From Patellaria atrata CBS 101060 (Eukaryota), in contig MU006090.1 of NCBI GenBank assembly GCA_010093705.1, positions 62,001-126,000 of the forward strand: a stretch of 64,000 nt of DNA. The letters are read 5' to 3'. The notes below the pieces were generated by a model, which worked only from the letters and a program-made list of their open reading frames with translations, made no database searches and was not told the DNA's origin. Shown here one piece after another: positions 35,880-47,937 of the stretch (position 1 is its first letter; each line of letters starts with the position of its first letter). Position numbers and translations under genes: made by a program.

Positions 35880-36700
35880 GGTACTGTACCCTGAATATTC
35901 CTGTCGTTCCACTCTCTGGATGCCTTGTGATGCCAAACTTACAGGTACCAACCACCCATAATTCAAGGGTTAGGCCGCCGATGTTAGGGGCCTCTTCTGC
36001 CCAAAATTTAGGGCGCTTTTGTACCTGAAAATCTGGGCTTGGAATGTTCCGAGATACCCGGGAAACGGGGGCGGAAGTGAGCGGTTTGGGGCGCCCGGGC
36101 CGATTACCCTGATGGGCGGAAATGCTAGGGAGCATCTCATACTATACCCAAAACTGCAAGTGGGCGTCCCGATACACGGTTTTCGAGCAGAAGGCGGAGA
36201 GAGCGGAGGTATCTCCTTAACAGCGTCGCCACAATCGCTGCGGCAAGGCGATTAAGGGATCTGTGGAGCTGCGTGGCCTAATTTAGGATTCAGGGTTTTC
36301 GAGCTTATTTAGACGTTTTCCGAAAATGGCCATTGAAACTAGAAGGATTGTGTGCTGCGAGCATATTCGAAGCGTTCGCGATTGAGGTCAAAACCCCTTA
36401 TTGGGATACGCTTCAGATTGATAGTGATGAGTGTCTTAAATGTTGGCGTTGATTTTCTGGGAGGGAAGGGGTTAAGAGCTCGGCGTGGATATGAGACCAA
36501 GGTCGTGTACAGGGAAGGAAATACATGAACAACGATTATAACTCGCCTCTGCAAAAGTAGCAGTTTGAGGAAGAATTGGTTTGTGATACCGACAGGAGTG
36601 TTTGCAGTATCATAGAGTAAAAGACCACTCATTCTCATATTCAGCATGGAATAGTACCTACCTTAGGTTCTGGAAGGTAAGAGGTATGCTCCTGCCAGTA
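35880..36700 (+). mobile_element. Possible degenerate hAT-family transposon relic
   Basis: A GC-rich non-coding island (about 35960-36330) is followed by broken frames. These include SAWNSTYLR near 36640, resembling the hAT RWNSTYxML motif. Confidence 0.3.
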
Positions 36701-37501
36701 CACTCGCATCATGATGCTGTAAGATGGGGGTTCGAATCGTTTATAATCCTATGCTATATATTCTTGAACAGAGATACGATTCGACACTAAGTCAAAATCT
36801 TGATGCTGGAAAATCTCCTCAGTAGTGAGAAAAGCTCTCCCCACGCTATATTATTGATAGAGCATAATGGAAGAATCACCGGAGAGTGGAAAGACAGACC
36901 AGACTCAGCTTGAGCGGGGTAAACACTTATTTACCCTGTAAAATAAAAGGCTCCGCGGAGCTGAATAGTTGCGTCTTGGGTCGCCACCTCATGACATTCC
37001 GCTAGGTGATGCGACCGCTGAGTGACTCAAGAAAGTAAACTGATTGGGAAAGTCTAAGAAATTACTAGTACCTATGTTGACTCTCAAGCAGTACTCTTCG
37101 ACCTTGTCAAGTAGACTGGATGGTGGATGTAATAAAAATTGATAATCACTTTGTATCCGTCGGCAGTTGATGTGGGTGGACATTAACATCAACGTACCGT
37201 AGTACGACACTGATCGTCCACGCAGCGGTGAATTCGTGTACTGTCGGGTGTACTAACCTTTGCCTTGGGAAGTCGTCTTGTATTCCATATGGCATGCCAG
37301 GTCGTCAGGCCATAACAGAACAAGAAGCAGCCTGATAGGACGGGAGCAAGGCGCCGCCATCGGAGAATCCTTCGAAACTTTTCGTCATGTAACTAGCAGT
37401 GACCATTCAACATTGGGCTGCAAAGCTATTTGGTTCGAGACCAATTTTTACAGCACACCTCGTGACTTGGATTGAGGACACAGTGTAATACACCAATCTC
37501 A

Positions 37502-40236
37502 TCATCGACCCCACCACGCTACATCGTACGCATTTCCTGGCTCGTATTCGTCTTTCCATCCATACTTGATAGCTTGATTCTTGCCGAACGGATCCTGAAC
37601 AAGCGCTGTGAGTGTGCGAGAGAGCGAAGTAAGATCAAGGTCTGGCGGCGGCATAGATGAAGGGAATCCTGTTTCGCTCATGAAGAGGTCGCCCGTAGAA
37701 TCGAAGTTCTCAGGCATCTTAGCGTCCTGGTATGCTTGGTGTAGAGATTGATACAGCGGTAAGATTTGCTCATAGTATCTAACCGCAACCCTATCTTCAC
37801 TTTTGCATGCGTGCAGCATGTTGAGACAGCATTGGGTGTATAAGAGGTTTTCGTCGATGTGGTCAAACTCGAATCTTAGTAATTTTTGGGTGACGAAGGC
37901 CAGTAAGATGACGGAGGCGGAGAAAGCGCAATAGCTATAGTCTGTTAGTATCCAAAGTCCAACACAGCTGTGCATCAAATGAACGAACATGATAATCCAG
38001 CAACTCCTTGACATAGCACCCCCAATGTTCAGAAGGCTCAGTATACGTCCCATTTGTTGAGCTGCCAACATACATAGCCCGCTATATCTCTGTACATCTT
38101 CGTCCGACAGATGGGACTTGAGCGACTCAGAATACTCGTTGATGCCATCGATGTTTTCGAACCCTTCAACGCCGTCCTGAGGTCTGACAACAATTAGGTT
38201 ACGGTATAGTAAAACAACAGCGCCTAGGTAGAGTAGGTGAACGAAGAGAATACTTCTATCGTCGTGAGCTGAAAATCCAGAGCCGCCCGCCGAGGTCTGA
38301 CGGCTCAACTGCATCAAAGGTGGTAATTCGCATTGCCATTTGTCAAGTTTCTCTGTCATGACCACAAGGTCATGCGAACTTCTTGAATGATCTCCGCTAA
38401 CTATTGTGGCTATTTCCGAGGAGATGATCGATATTTTAGTCGCATGTAGATGAATCATATCAGCTATTGAACTACACTCGTAACCGGTTAATGCAAACTT
38501 TGATCTATTAGCTATGCTCATTGTCCTTATTAAACATGTGAAACATACCGCGATATCTGTATCAGTGACGCCAGAAGGCCAACCGAGGGTGTAGGAAAGC
38601 CAACTGTCAAGCTGTTAGTTCTACTGCCGAGTCGAAGGTCGTATACCCCGATACCGCCGATAGCGTGTGTCGTGGTGCTCTGGGTGGTATTAGTGTTTAT
38701 AGCGGTCTGTTATAAGGGACATGCAACAAGAATATCTTATGCGATGCAATGCCCCTGAGACCATGGTAGACGCGACTGCAATCGGCGGTATTGGGAGTAC
38801 TCTAAACATTTAGACCTACCAAACAATGAATATAATACTACAGTGAACCTTCTGCCATAGCGCTCGAATTCGAGACTTTATCATTTCGGGCCGTTTCCAG
38901 CGGACGACTTCGAAACATGCAGCTAGAAATATCAGTCTACTGGTAGCACAGTATGAAGGATGTAAGGTCGCTTACCGAGAAAGGTTCTTGCACTGGTGTG
39001 CTTATCAATAATTGCTACATATGTGAGCGTCAAAAGGTGCCTTAAAGCGAGTAAGGGATTGTCCATCGATATTTCCCTCAGATGAGCAGCTGCAGACGCG
39101 TGGAACTTCACTCGCATCATGGGAGGTATTTGGTCAGTACAATAACTACTACCAACAGTAGCAACTGCACATAGTTGGCTTAAGGCTGTAATTGAAGGTG
39201 GTTGTTGAGGATGATATAGCGACGTAAGCATCTCATCCATCTCCTCACGAGTCCATAGGAAGAGGAAAGAGCTCGTGCCGTCGAGAAACGCTTGAACTGC
39301 TATCCTAACAGGGCGTTCAGGGGGTAGGTGATCTTGGTCATAAATCTCCATATCAGAACCTAAAATATTCGTTTGTAAGATTTCCAACTTGTGATTTGCA
39401 TTGGTTATTGCATCCTGGACGTTTTGGGGTATATCTGAGCCAGTTGTTTTATAAGGTGTTTGAGCTTCGGTTCCTAACGCTCTAAGGCCCTGTATTGAAA
39501 GTTTTCTCGCTTTTCCCACGGCTCGTTCGGGCGAAGTGTGTAGTTCTGACCTTTTCTGAGCTTGTCTCGCTTTGAAATCGTCCAGATACGCTTGATAATC
39601 ACGATATTGATCCGTTAATTTATAAGAGTCCATCTCTTTCGTGTACGCATCCATAGCATGCGCAGCTTCGGCCTCCCACTTTTGTTTTACTGCTGGGTCT
39701 AGCAGCTGCCATTGGCGCCCAACTGCTTTTGCGATATCAACGAAAGATTGACTACTGATGGCTGGGTCAGCGCGTAGATTTTCCGCAAAGTTTACATATG
39801 CTGTCTTTGGCCTTCTGGGAGCATTTGGATCGGGTTTCGGATGCCTCCGGTACCTCCTTTTCGTTTCTGTGGGTGCCGAGCTGGTCAATGGGCTACGCGG
39901 TTGACCAGATTCACTTTGAGATGCCCACACTTCCACGGCTTCCAAAACTCCTTGTGGCCCGGTGCCAATTTCCGATCGTGCGGATACTGGACTTTGGAGA
40001 TTGAAATCGTCCGAAAGTTCCAACGGGTGATTCGGGGGAAGGCCACGTGCGGTGGCAATCTCTCTTTGTAGGATTCTTCTATGGCCAAGCTTGAAACCGA
40101 GCTCACGCAAATCATCCTCAGTAATGTCAAGCAGAGTGGTCCAATCGTCAAAACCGTTCTGAAGCAAAGTAGGTAAATACTGTTGAAGATTGAGACGTTC
40201 TAGGATTTCACCGAGTGGCTGATGGTCAGTGACCAT
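37502..40236 (-). CDS. SAM-domain + HMG-box + fungal transcription-factor middle-homology-like protein, 5 exons, about 786 aa
   Basis: SAM: LERLNLQQYLPTLLQNGFDDW..LRELGFKLGHRRILQREI. HMG: DPNAPRRPKTAYVNF..DIAKAVGRQW..KQKWE. Introns 38923-38975, 38604-38819, 38498-38548 and 37935-37988 keep the frame into WLSYTLG..LDKWQCELPP..VHLLYLGAVVLLYR. Confidence 0.85.
38644..38799. mobile_element. Degenerate MITE-like insertion (about 152 bp) inside an intron
   Basis: TA-ccccgataccgccgat ... atcggcggtattgggag-TA. The host intron is 216 nt, against 51-54 nt for the gene's other introns. Confidence 0.65.
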
Positions 40237-41036
40237 TTTGGTGAAGAGGGTAGCGGTATTGTGAGTTGGACATTGGTTCTAAAAAAGTCACAAACGGATA
40301 AAAGTTGAACATGGGATTTGGGATTGCCATGGTCTCTTTTTAACCTGGTGGCTGCAGAAAAAGTGCTGTAACTAGTAGGTATACTGTACTGTACTTGTAA
40401 GGTAAACTTGTCACCGGGGAGCCGGGCTTGCAGATTGCCAACAAGCGGCTGGCCATACGTAAGCAAGTGGTAAGGCTACAACTTGAAAGCAGTAATGTCG
40501 AGCATCTAGAAGCCCTGAAGAGCGGGTTAGGAGATACCACCGCTCCAATGAAACTTATCCAAGGAGTTTACTCCGCGGGGTGGCGGGTGGGAAATTGTGT
40601 GAGGCCAAAATGATCCATCCTATTTGTCGAGAGGAGGGGGGAAAAAATTCGCATGTGGCATTTACGGTACTCTGGGCGTACAGTACTGTAAGGTAGGCTT
40701 AATTATTACCGTATTAATCCTTAAAACCTTTTTTTTATTACTTGGAAGACGGAATGGAAGCACTAACCTGGAAATTTACAAACCGAGGCTTTATCCATTT
40801 GGAGATTATAAAAAAGAGAATTTATTCATCTCATCGTCGATTACTAAAAGATTATATCAGAATAAGGTGGCGGGTGTCCAAGGAGACAAGAGGGGAAATG
40901 GAAGAGTTTTCAGACCTTTGAGTTACCTTGGGTCTTACTTGGGAAAGAACGGAGGGAAGGCAATTGTTGAGCTGTCTTCCATTTGAGCCATGGCTGTCCC
41001 GTGAGTTCCTTCCATGATTGTAACTTTCCAGGTTTA

Positions 41037-41063
41037 TACTGTACCTTACCTTACCTTACCTTA
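41037..41063. repeat. Concatenated TA-NNN units: TA-CTG-(TA-CCT)4-TA
   Basis: The sequence tactgtaccttaccttaccttacctta is read directly. Confidence 0.9.
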
Positions 41064-42250
41064 GAACTGAGGTGTTCAGGCACTCAGGGTCCGTCTTTCC
41101 ATTATCGGCTAGTATGTGGCTCATTTAGACCATCACCTGTCTATATTCCCAAAATAGAAGGGGTTTGACTGCAGTGGCACAGGTGGCGAATTCGGTGCAA
41201 TTTCCGCGACAACTACCCACCACCTCAAGGTAACCCTCACAACTTGGAACTCGGAGAAGGTTATAACTCCAACTCCATTGACCGCCCATAGTCTTTTTGT
41301 AAGTCAATTGCATTCGTCTTATGCGGTATTCCAAGATGTAGACATACAGCACTCCGATAAATCCCGGTACAACTGCAATACGCTCGTACTATCACGCCAG
41401 GCTGATCTACACCAGACCTCTGTTATGCCTTTCCCATCTTTGTGTTATAAGAAAATCGAAAATTATGAGCTATCGGCTAGTAGTGGGTGGTGGAATGAAT
41501 ACAGTGATGGGGGTCAAACACGAACCGTACAGTTGGTATACTCCTTTGTATCCTTTCTTCATAACTCTCCTAAAACATGCATTTCATTGTTACGTACTGA
41601 TAATCAGTATCGAAAGCTTCCGTAAGGACTAGGATGGGGCGGGAACGATCATCCAATGCAGTAATTTCCGTTATCATTCTTTTCTCTCGTTCAGAGGTAC
41701 CCTTGGTACATCTCTTACATTCTGCCAATGACGTCGATTACCGCTGTGTAATGATACGCTGATTTATTTTCATTACTCCACGGTGTACTACTCTTACGGT
41801 CAAGAGCGAACTCGGTTTTCTCTTTCACATCCAGACATCGGATCCAAAGCATACTCCGAATCCATAATCGGGCAGCATCAGACGATCGAGTAAGGTAAGT
41901 ATACCTACCCAGCGCCTCTCTGAGCCGTCGTAAGTCCATGCAACTGTAGCAGTGCACCTATACGCAAACCCTAAAGCAAGACCCACATGATCCTCATCCT
42001 TGAGTCAAACACCGCGGTCAGTCATGGACGTTGATATACTGAACCTCTACAGTTTCCGCAATATGGAATCCCGGGTCAAAGGAAGAAGTTTCGTCTTTGG
42101 ATTTCCCGTTGAAAAAATATACCTGGAGACAGACATACCTTAGTATGCGAGTCCTTATCTGCTGCTCATAGTTCCATCGATGATCAGCGCAGGTTGTGTT
42201 TTACGGCTCATTCCCTTCCCTTTTGCATGCGCAATTTTCCTTTAGAGTAT

Positions 42251-43618
42251 TCATATAACCACATTGCTCTCGCCTTTTCGAACATCCTCGTTAACAGCAA
42301 CCTTAATGCTTTCATAATTGCTCTGTTCCGGCTTGACTTCGTTGCCAGTTACCTTCTCAAAACTGTCCCTCGGTCCAATCTCCTCGGTACTATCGAGAAT
42401 CGAAACTTGAGCTCTCCGCGTCGACAATAATGACTCCGGGAGGGTCGATCGCATCCAATCTGGGGTTCTCGATCTCCTCTTAGTGTCGAATGCGTTCCTC
42501 CCAGCTTCAGGGCTGAACTCTGGTGAAGCATTTTCCAGATCTCGGTGGGGACGCGAGCCAGATATTGCGAAGGACCGATGGTGCAGCGGTGAAAGCTCCG
42601 GAGTTGACCTTGCAATAAATGCGCGTAAATCCGGCAGGGATGCCGCAATGATAGCAAACGACAGTTGAATGGCGACTAGGAGATTAATCACCCCCCCGAA
42701 ATAGGTTGAATTCTCTGCCCTGCGCTTGATAAACGGAATTTGAAGCAATGCAACGATGCAGACAGTAAACCCAAGGGCGAAAATTATGACCAGGCCGATG
42801 CGTTGCGCTGTACGAATCTTCACCAATCGCCAGACATATGGAATCGGCAATGCAAATATCAATGAATCTAGAACGCTATCCCCAATGGCAGCGGAGAAAC
42901 TATAGATCGGCGAACTGAAGCATTTTGATCCATTGAAGGCCAAAAAGTCCTCCTGCCACAGTTTAGGAATTTCCCTTACCACTGTCAGCGCTGAGGGATA
43001 ACGATATCAAGGCGACAACCTACCTGCAGAACACCAATAAGATTGTGAAGACTGCTACAAACTGGAAGAAGGCGCCAACAAGCAAAGTCCAGGAGAATAT
43101 TCGAAGACTCCCAATTCCGGGGGGAAAGATGCGTAGGTAGTACGCAAGGACTGAAAAGCGTATTAATGTAACTGCGAAGATATATGCAATACGTCTTTCG
43201 AAGATATGCTACCAAATATCAGCCTCGGATTCTCAAGGATATAGGTTATTGAACGAACCCTATAATATGGTAGCTCGTCTCTTGTTTGGGGCCCATCTAC
43301 GTCGAATCCCCAACCGTCATTTGCACTCATGCACGAAATAACCGTTCTCCCGAAAGCACAAGTCTGTCAGCATTGTCAGTGTTCACTTGAATATACTGCC
43401 TCTTGGTTCTAGTCCCTTACCAAACCGCAAACAATAAGGATGTCGTCTGCTGCCAATTTCCGTTTGACAGCAATTCTAGAGTAGACTCTCAGACCTACCG
43501 CAATTGTAGCCAGCACCATTAATGGGATTTCAACACCTAAAAGGACTTCTGGGTCATCGTAGGCCTCATCATCCTTTATGGAGGTTCGGTTTCTTCCGGC
43601 GTTGAAGTGGTAAGACAT
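42251..43618 (-). CDS. PTH11-like (fungal rhodopsin-domain) integral membrane protein, no CFEM domain, 4 exons
   Basis: VGLRVYSR...ADDILI, RFSVLAYYLRIF, DSLIFALPIPYVWRL and IIAASLPDLR. Three canonical introns restore the frame. Confidence 0.88.
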
Positions 43619-44923
43619 CGTAGCTACATCAGAAGATATCGCCTATGAACTAAGTTGCTGCTGGAAAACAGTGAGTATGAAGTGGAGAGACCTTTGAAGC
43701 ACACAGCTAGATAGTGAGCTAGAGGTCCCCCACCTCGAATTTTGAAGTTTTGAATCATTCCTTTCTCTCACCCACATACGGGGTATACGTGGATGTAAAA
43801 TGTAGCAATATTGCTGCGCCAAGTGCTCACCTAGAGAGCGGTTGAGCTTACACAGCAACCGCTTATAATCTTCAACCCAATCGAGTAGTCCGTTTCGGCG
43901 GTCACTGGCTTGGCACGGCTGACGAAGCTTTTAGGTAGATCCGTACAGGATTCATAGCATTTAAAGCACGCCTTTTGCACGATATCTACTCTCTTTTTCC
44001 TCATTTTTCGAGTCTTGGTCCTTCTGTGGCTTTTCGACTCCTTACAGTCTACATGAATATGGTTGACATCTTGCTGCTGTACGACCCGAAATTCCTTCTT
44101 TATTACAAATTCCGCATTTGCATCAGGCCCGCAATTGCTCACCATAGTACCCCATGCTTGCTCACCTCACCCCAGGAAACACTTGATACGGCATTATTCC
44201 CGTAATCAGGTTGGTTGGTGGACGCGATCACCTTGGTGAGGATCAGATCGAGCATTTATAATGCCGCTTCCGCAAGTATTGCTACAGCTCCTATCTTGCG
44301 TCAGTGGTGGCAGAGCTCGATTGAAGCAATGGACACTCTTTCCATGATCTATGAATAGCTATCACTAATCGACTTGATCTGTAGTAATCTCGAGTTTATA
44401 ATAGAATATATTGGAGATTGAATATGGTTGAGCAATTGATACCAAAAGGCTCCTGTGGATCGTTTACTGGGCCTCTAGTCTTTTATTACCATTATCTTAA
44501 GTCCGAAACATAAGACAGCCTACAACCGAGCAGTCAGTACAGCCACAGCTACGGCTCCATAAGAGTTGATCAAAACCGCCATAGCAGAGGATTCTGTACG
44601 GGCACGACCAAGCCGAACGTTCCGAGAGGGTCAACTGCTGCCTTCGCTAAGGCTGTACGGCTCGCTCAATCGACATCAATAACCAAGTCCGTGAACTTCA
44701 TATTTGCGAAGTGTTTGTCAATACCACTCTTTGTCGGGTTTCACTACCCACTCCGTTTCCTACTGCATGCGAACGTTTGGTAAGAGATGACATTGATTAG
44801 GGGAAGTCCATATCGGCCAACCAGTAAGAAGGTCAGTGTTCACGGTACTTCCCAGGAGAATCGGTATTGCTTAGAATGAGGGATGCTGAAGCTGGAGCTA
44901 TCGGTAAAGAGGAAGAACTTGGA

Positions 44924-44977
44924 TACCTACTATCGCTAAGACATTTGACCACCTGTCTACCTAGCGATAATGAGGTA
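44924..44977. repeat. 54-bp TA-flanked foldback with CCT...AGG termini
   Basis: tacct-ac-tatcgcta-agaca...tgtct-acc-tagcgata-atg-aggta. Confidence 0.55.
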
Positions 44978-45821
44978 CTATATATGATCGTTGCTTTGGT
45001 TTAAGGGATATATAAACTTTAACTAGTTCTGTAAAAGTTATCAGTTAATCTAGTAAAAGCTCGGCTAATATGTAATATGAACTGAACATCCCCCACTTCA
45101 CGCTTGAAGTTATTTCTCTCGGCTGTTATAATGGGTCGTCAGTTATACAATGCCAACATCGTACATGAAAACGAGTCACTGTTGGGATCCTAGTGCGAGT
45201 GCCTACGGAGAAGAGTATAGCAAGCGTACAGGAATCGAGGAGTGGCAAATATGGCGATGAAGAGGTAGCAAAGAACAGGAGTCTGATGAGCGTGGTGTCG
45301 TACCTGGGAAGAAGTTCCTTAGCTTGGACTATCGAGATAATGAGAAAGGAGACATCTTTGAGAATGATAGAACAAAGATCACGGGATTCAAGCCAGCTAT
45401 TAGGTTGGTAATTAACCTTCTATATAAATGACGCCCTCTGCATGGATATGGAGTCTTCTTCATAGTATCATACCAAATAAAGCCTGGCACTTGAACTTCC
45501 CGCTCATGATTCTCGTCAAACCCCTATCCCAAGATTTTGGCGCTGGAATGAAATGATGACCAAACGAACACCAAGCTCAAGAACCCCGCCAGCACGAGGA
45601 AGAGAAAAGAATCCGACAACGCAAACCTGAACCATGCAGCCCGATGATTCAACTTTATATGACCATGAACATATTTTTAGAGAAATTAAAAGACCTATTT
45701 TTCACGGTCCATGGTTGCGCGACGCCAGTAATGATGTCGCCACTAAAACCAAGATATGGTCCGAATATTTGCTGGACAAGTGAAACGCGAAAACACACTG
45801 AGCAAGAGGATAGACGCTAGG

Positions 45822-47159
45822 TTACATGATAATAGCAGGCACTATAAATTTGATTAGTGTACTGTAAACAATACATTCAGGAGGAGTTTTACCGTCAACG
45901 TTCTGCTTGATAGACTTATGTGGCAGAACCGAGCCGCCATTAACGTAGATTTCATCACCAATGGACACGTCGTCTCCGAGAACAGTCACATTTTCCAGTC
46001 TGGCCCATCGACCAACGGAGCTATTCCAGCCGACGATCGTGGACTTGACCCAGGCGTGGTCCTTAATCTTGCTGCTAGCAAGTAGAACGCATCGTTGAAG
46101 TCGGACACCATCTCCTACAACGACGTTAGGGCCAATAGTGACGTTGGGTCCGATACGGCAGTTCTTCCCAATCTTGGCGGAAGGATCGATCAAGACGTTG
46201 CCTCCATGCACGAAAGGCTCGGACGAAGGGGTCAGCAGTTTAGAGCTCTTCTTTGTGAGGGAAGAAAGGTAAAGGCATGTTCCAGAAAGGAAATCTTTTG
46301 GTTGTCCGACATCCATCCAGAAGCCCTCAAGATCGAAGGAGTGGAGAAGACCATCCTTGACGATTGCGGGGAACGTCTCTTGCTCGATCGATGTTGGTCG
46401 CAGTTCAATCCTGTCTAGGACGCTTGGATTGAGGATGTATATACCGGCATTGATGCGGTTGCCGACGAACTCCACGGGCTTCTCCACGAAGCGATCGATC
46501 CTTGAAGCATGTCCTGGCTTGTGAACGACAACACCGTATTTCGAGGGCTCCTCGACCTTTGTGACGACGATGGTTCCCTCCTCGCCGTGCTCCTTGTGGA
46601 AATCGGCCAGTTGTTGAAAGGGGTAATCGCAGATGACATCGGAGTTAAGGACAAAGAAAGGAGTGTCATCTTTTCCAAGGATCTTCTCTGCTAGTTTGAG
46701 GGGACCGGCGGTGCCAAGGGGCTCGGTCTCGACGGAGAATTCTATCCGTACGTTGTATTTCTTTTCGTACTGTAGAGAAAAGCAATTAGGCATGCTATCC
46801 ACGGCTGGACAATATGACAATTCATTATACCTTCTTCAACGCAGCAGTCATGATCTCGGGTCGGTAGTTGACAGCAAGCACGATGTCTGTAACACCTGCA
46901 GCAGCCAGAGCTTCAACCTGATGTTCGATCATAGGCCTGTTTGCGAATTCGACGAGGGGTTTAGGAAGGGTCAGTGTCTATTTGGGTCAATTGGATGTTT
47001 TGAAGCTTCATAAAGGCCATAGTCATAGCTTAGCCAGCGGGGAAGAGCGTACGAGAGGTCGTAGACGGGTACCAAACCCTCCAACGAGAATGAGAGCTGA
47101 TTTCACATGAATTTAGTCTTCTTCTTTGTGGGAGCTTCGAGGTGCTGCTTACCCTTCAT
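45822..47159 (-). CDS. MPG1: Mannose-1-phosphate guanylyltransferase (GDP-mannose pyrophosphorylase)
   Basis: Spliced [30 protein letters not shown], then [16 protein letters not shown] and INAGIY, a left-handed beta-helix tail, and the C-terminus PAIIM. Confidence 0.97.
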
Positions 47160-47937
47160 ATTGTCTGCTGGGAAAGTTTAGAGTAAACGAGGGGAAATTG
47201 TAGTGGGAAGTTCAAAGAACAGAATTGAGCTTCACAGGTAGTGTGGTGTTAATTAGATGGACTTCAGGTCAGGAAGGGGGACTGAAGCACAGAATGGATC
47301 TTTGTTTATCGAGTTCGAGCAGTCGAAAGAGATCAGAGCAGCTTTTGCGTGGATGTTTTGGTCCTTTTGAAGGTGACGATAAATTTGTTAGGGCAGGGAA
47401 AGGGGGTTTGTCTAGAGCTTGGCCTAGACTTATTTGAGCCATGACCCTGAATTCCCTTGAAGCCCCTCCCGTCGCTTTGCCCGATTTCACTTTTAATACG
47501 ATAATAATAATTATTTTATTACCTTTTTAATCTTCTAGATTCTCTCCTGAGATTCTATCGCAGTTTCTAATTTCGGTTCTTTTCCGCCTTGTAGCCATGT
47601 ACAGCACATACCGCTGCACAGTAACACTGGCAACACTAATTCACCAAGCGGAGAATAAAAGTTACGATGTTGTATTCATCTTCCCGTATTCCAAACGCTG
47701 ACTCGATATGGTACCTTAACTCCCCAAATTTTTTGCTGGTCACGCTCACATGTACATGTTTTGTCGTTTCAGCTTCTCCTTCGTCACACTGACCCCCAAA
47801 TAATAATGTTTGTCAGGGAAAATGAAACATATCTGATCGTGGGATGGGAATTTGTCGCCATTACCCCATTATCAGATTCATCCAACCCGCATCCCACGTG
47901 GGCCTTCATCGGATCAATCACCTCCATAATGCTCATT

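Noticed and set aside
35960..35980. CCTAACCCT on the minus strand as a telomerase RNA template
   Set aside because: The match is short, there is too little downstream room before RSM7, and no pseudoknot or CR4/5-like element was recognised.
36720..36750. GGTTCGAATC tRNA T-loop-like motif
   Set aside because: No cloverleaf, acceptor stem or A box.
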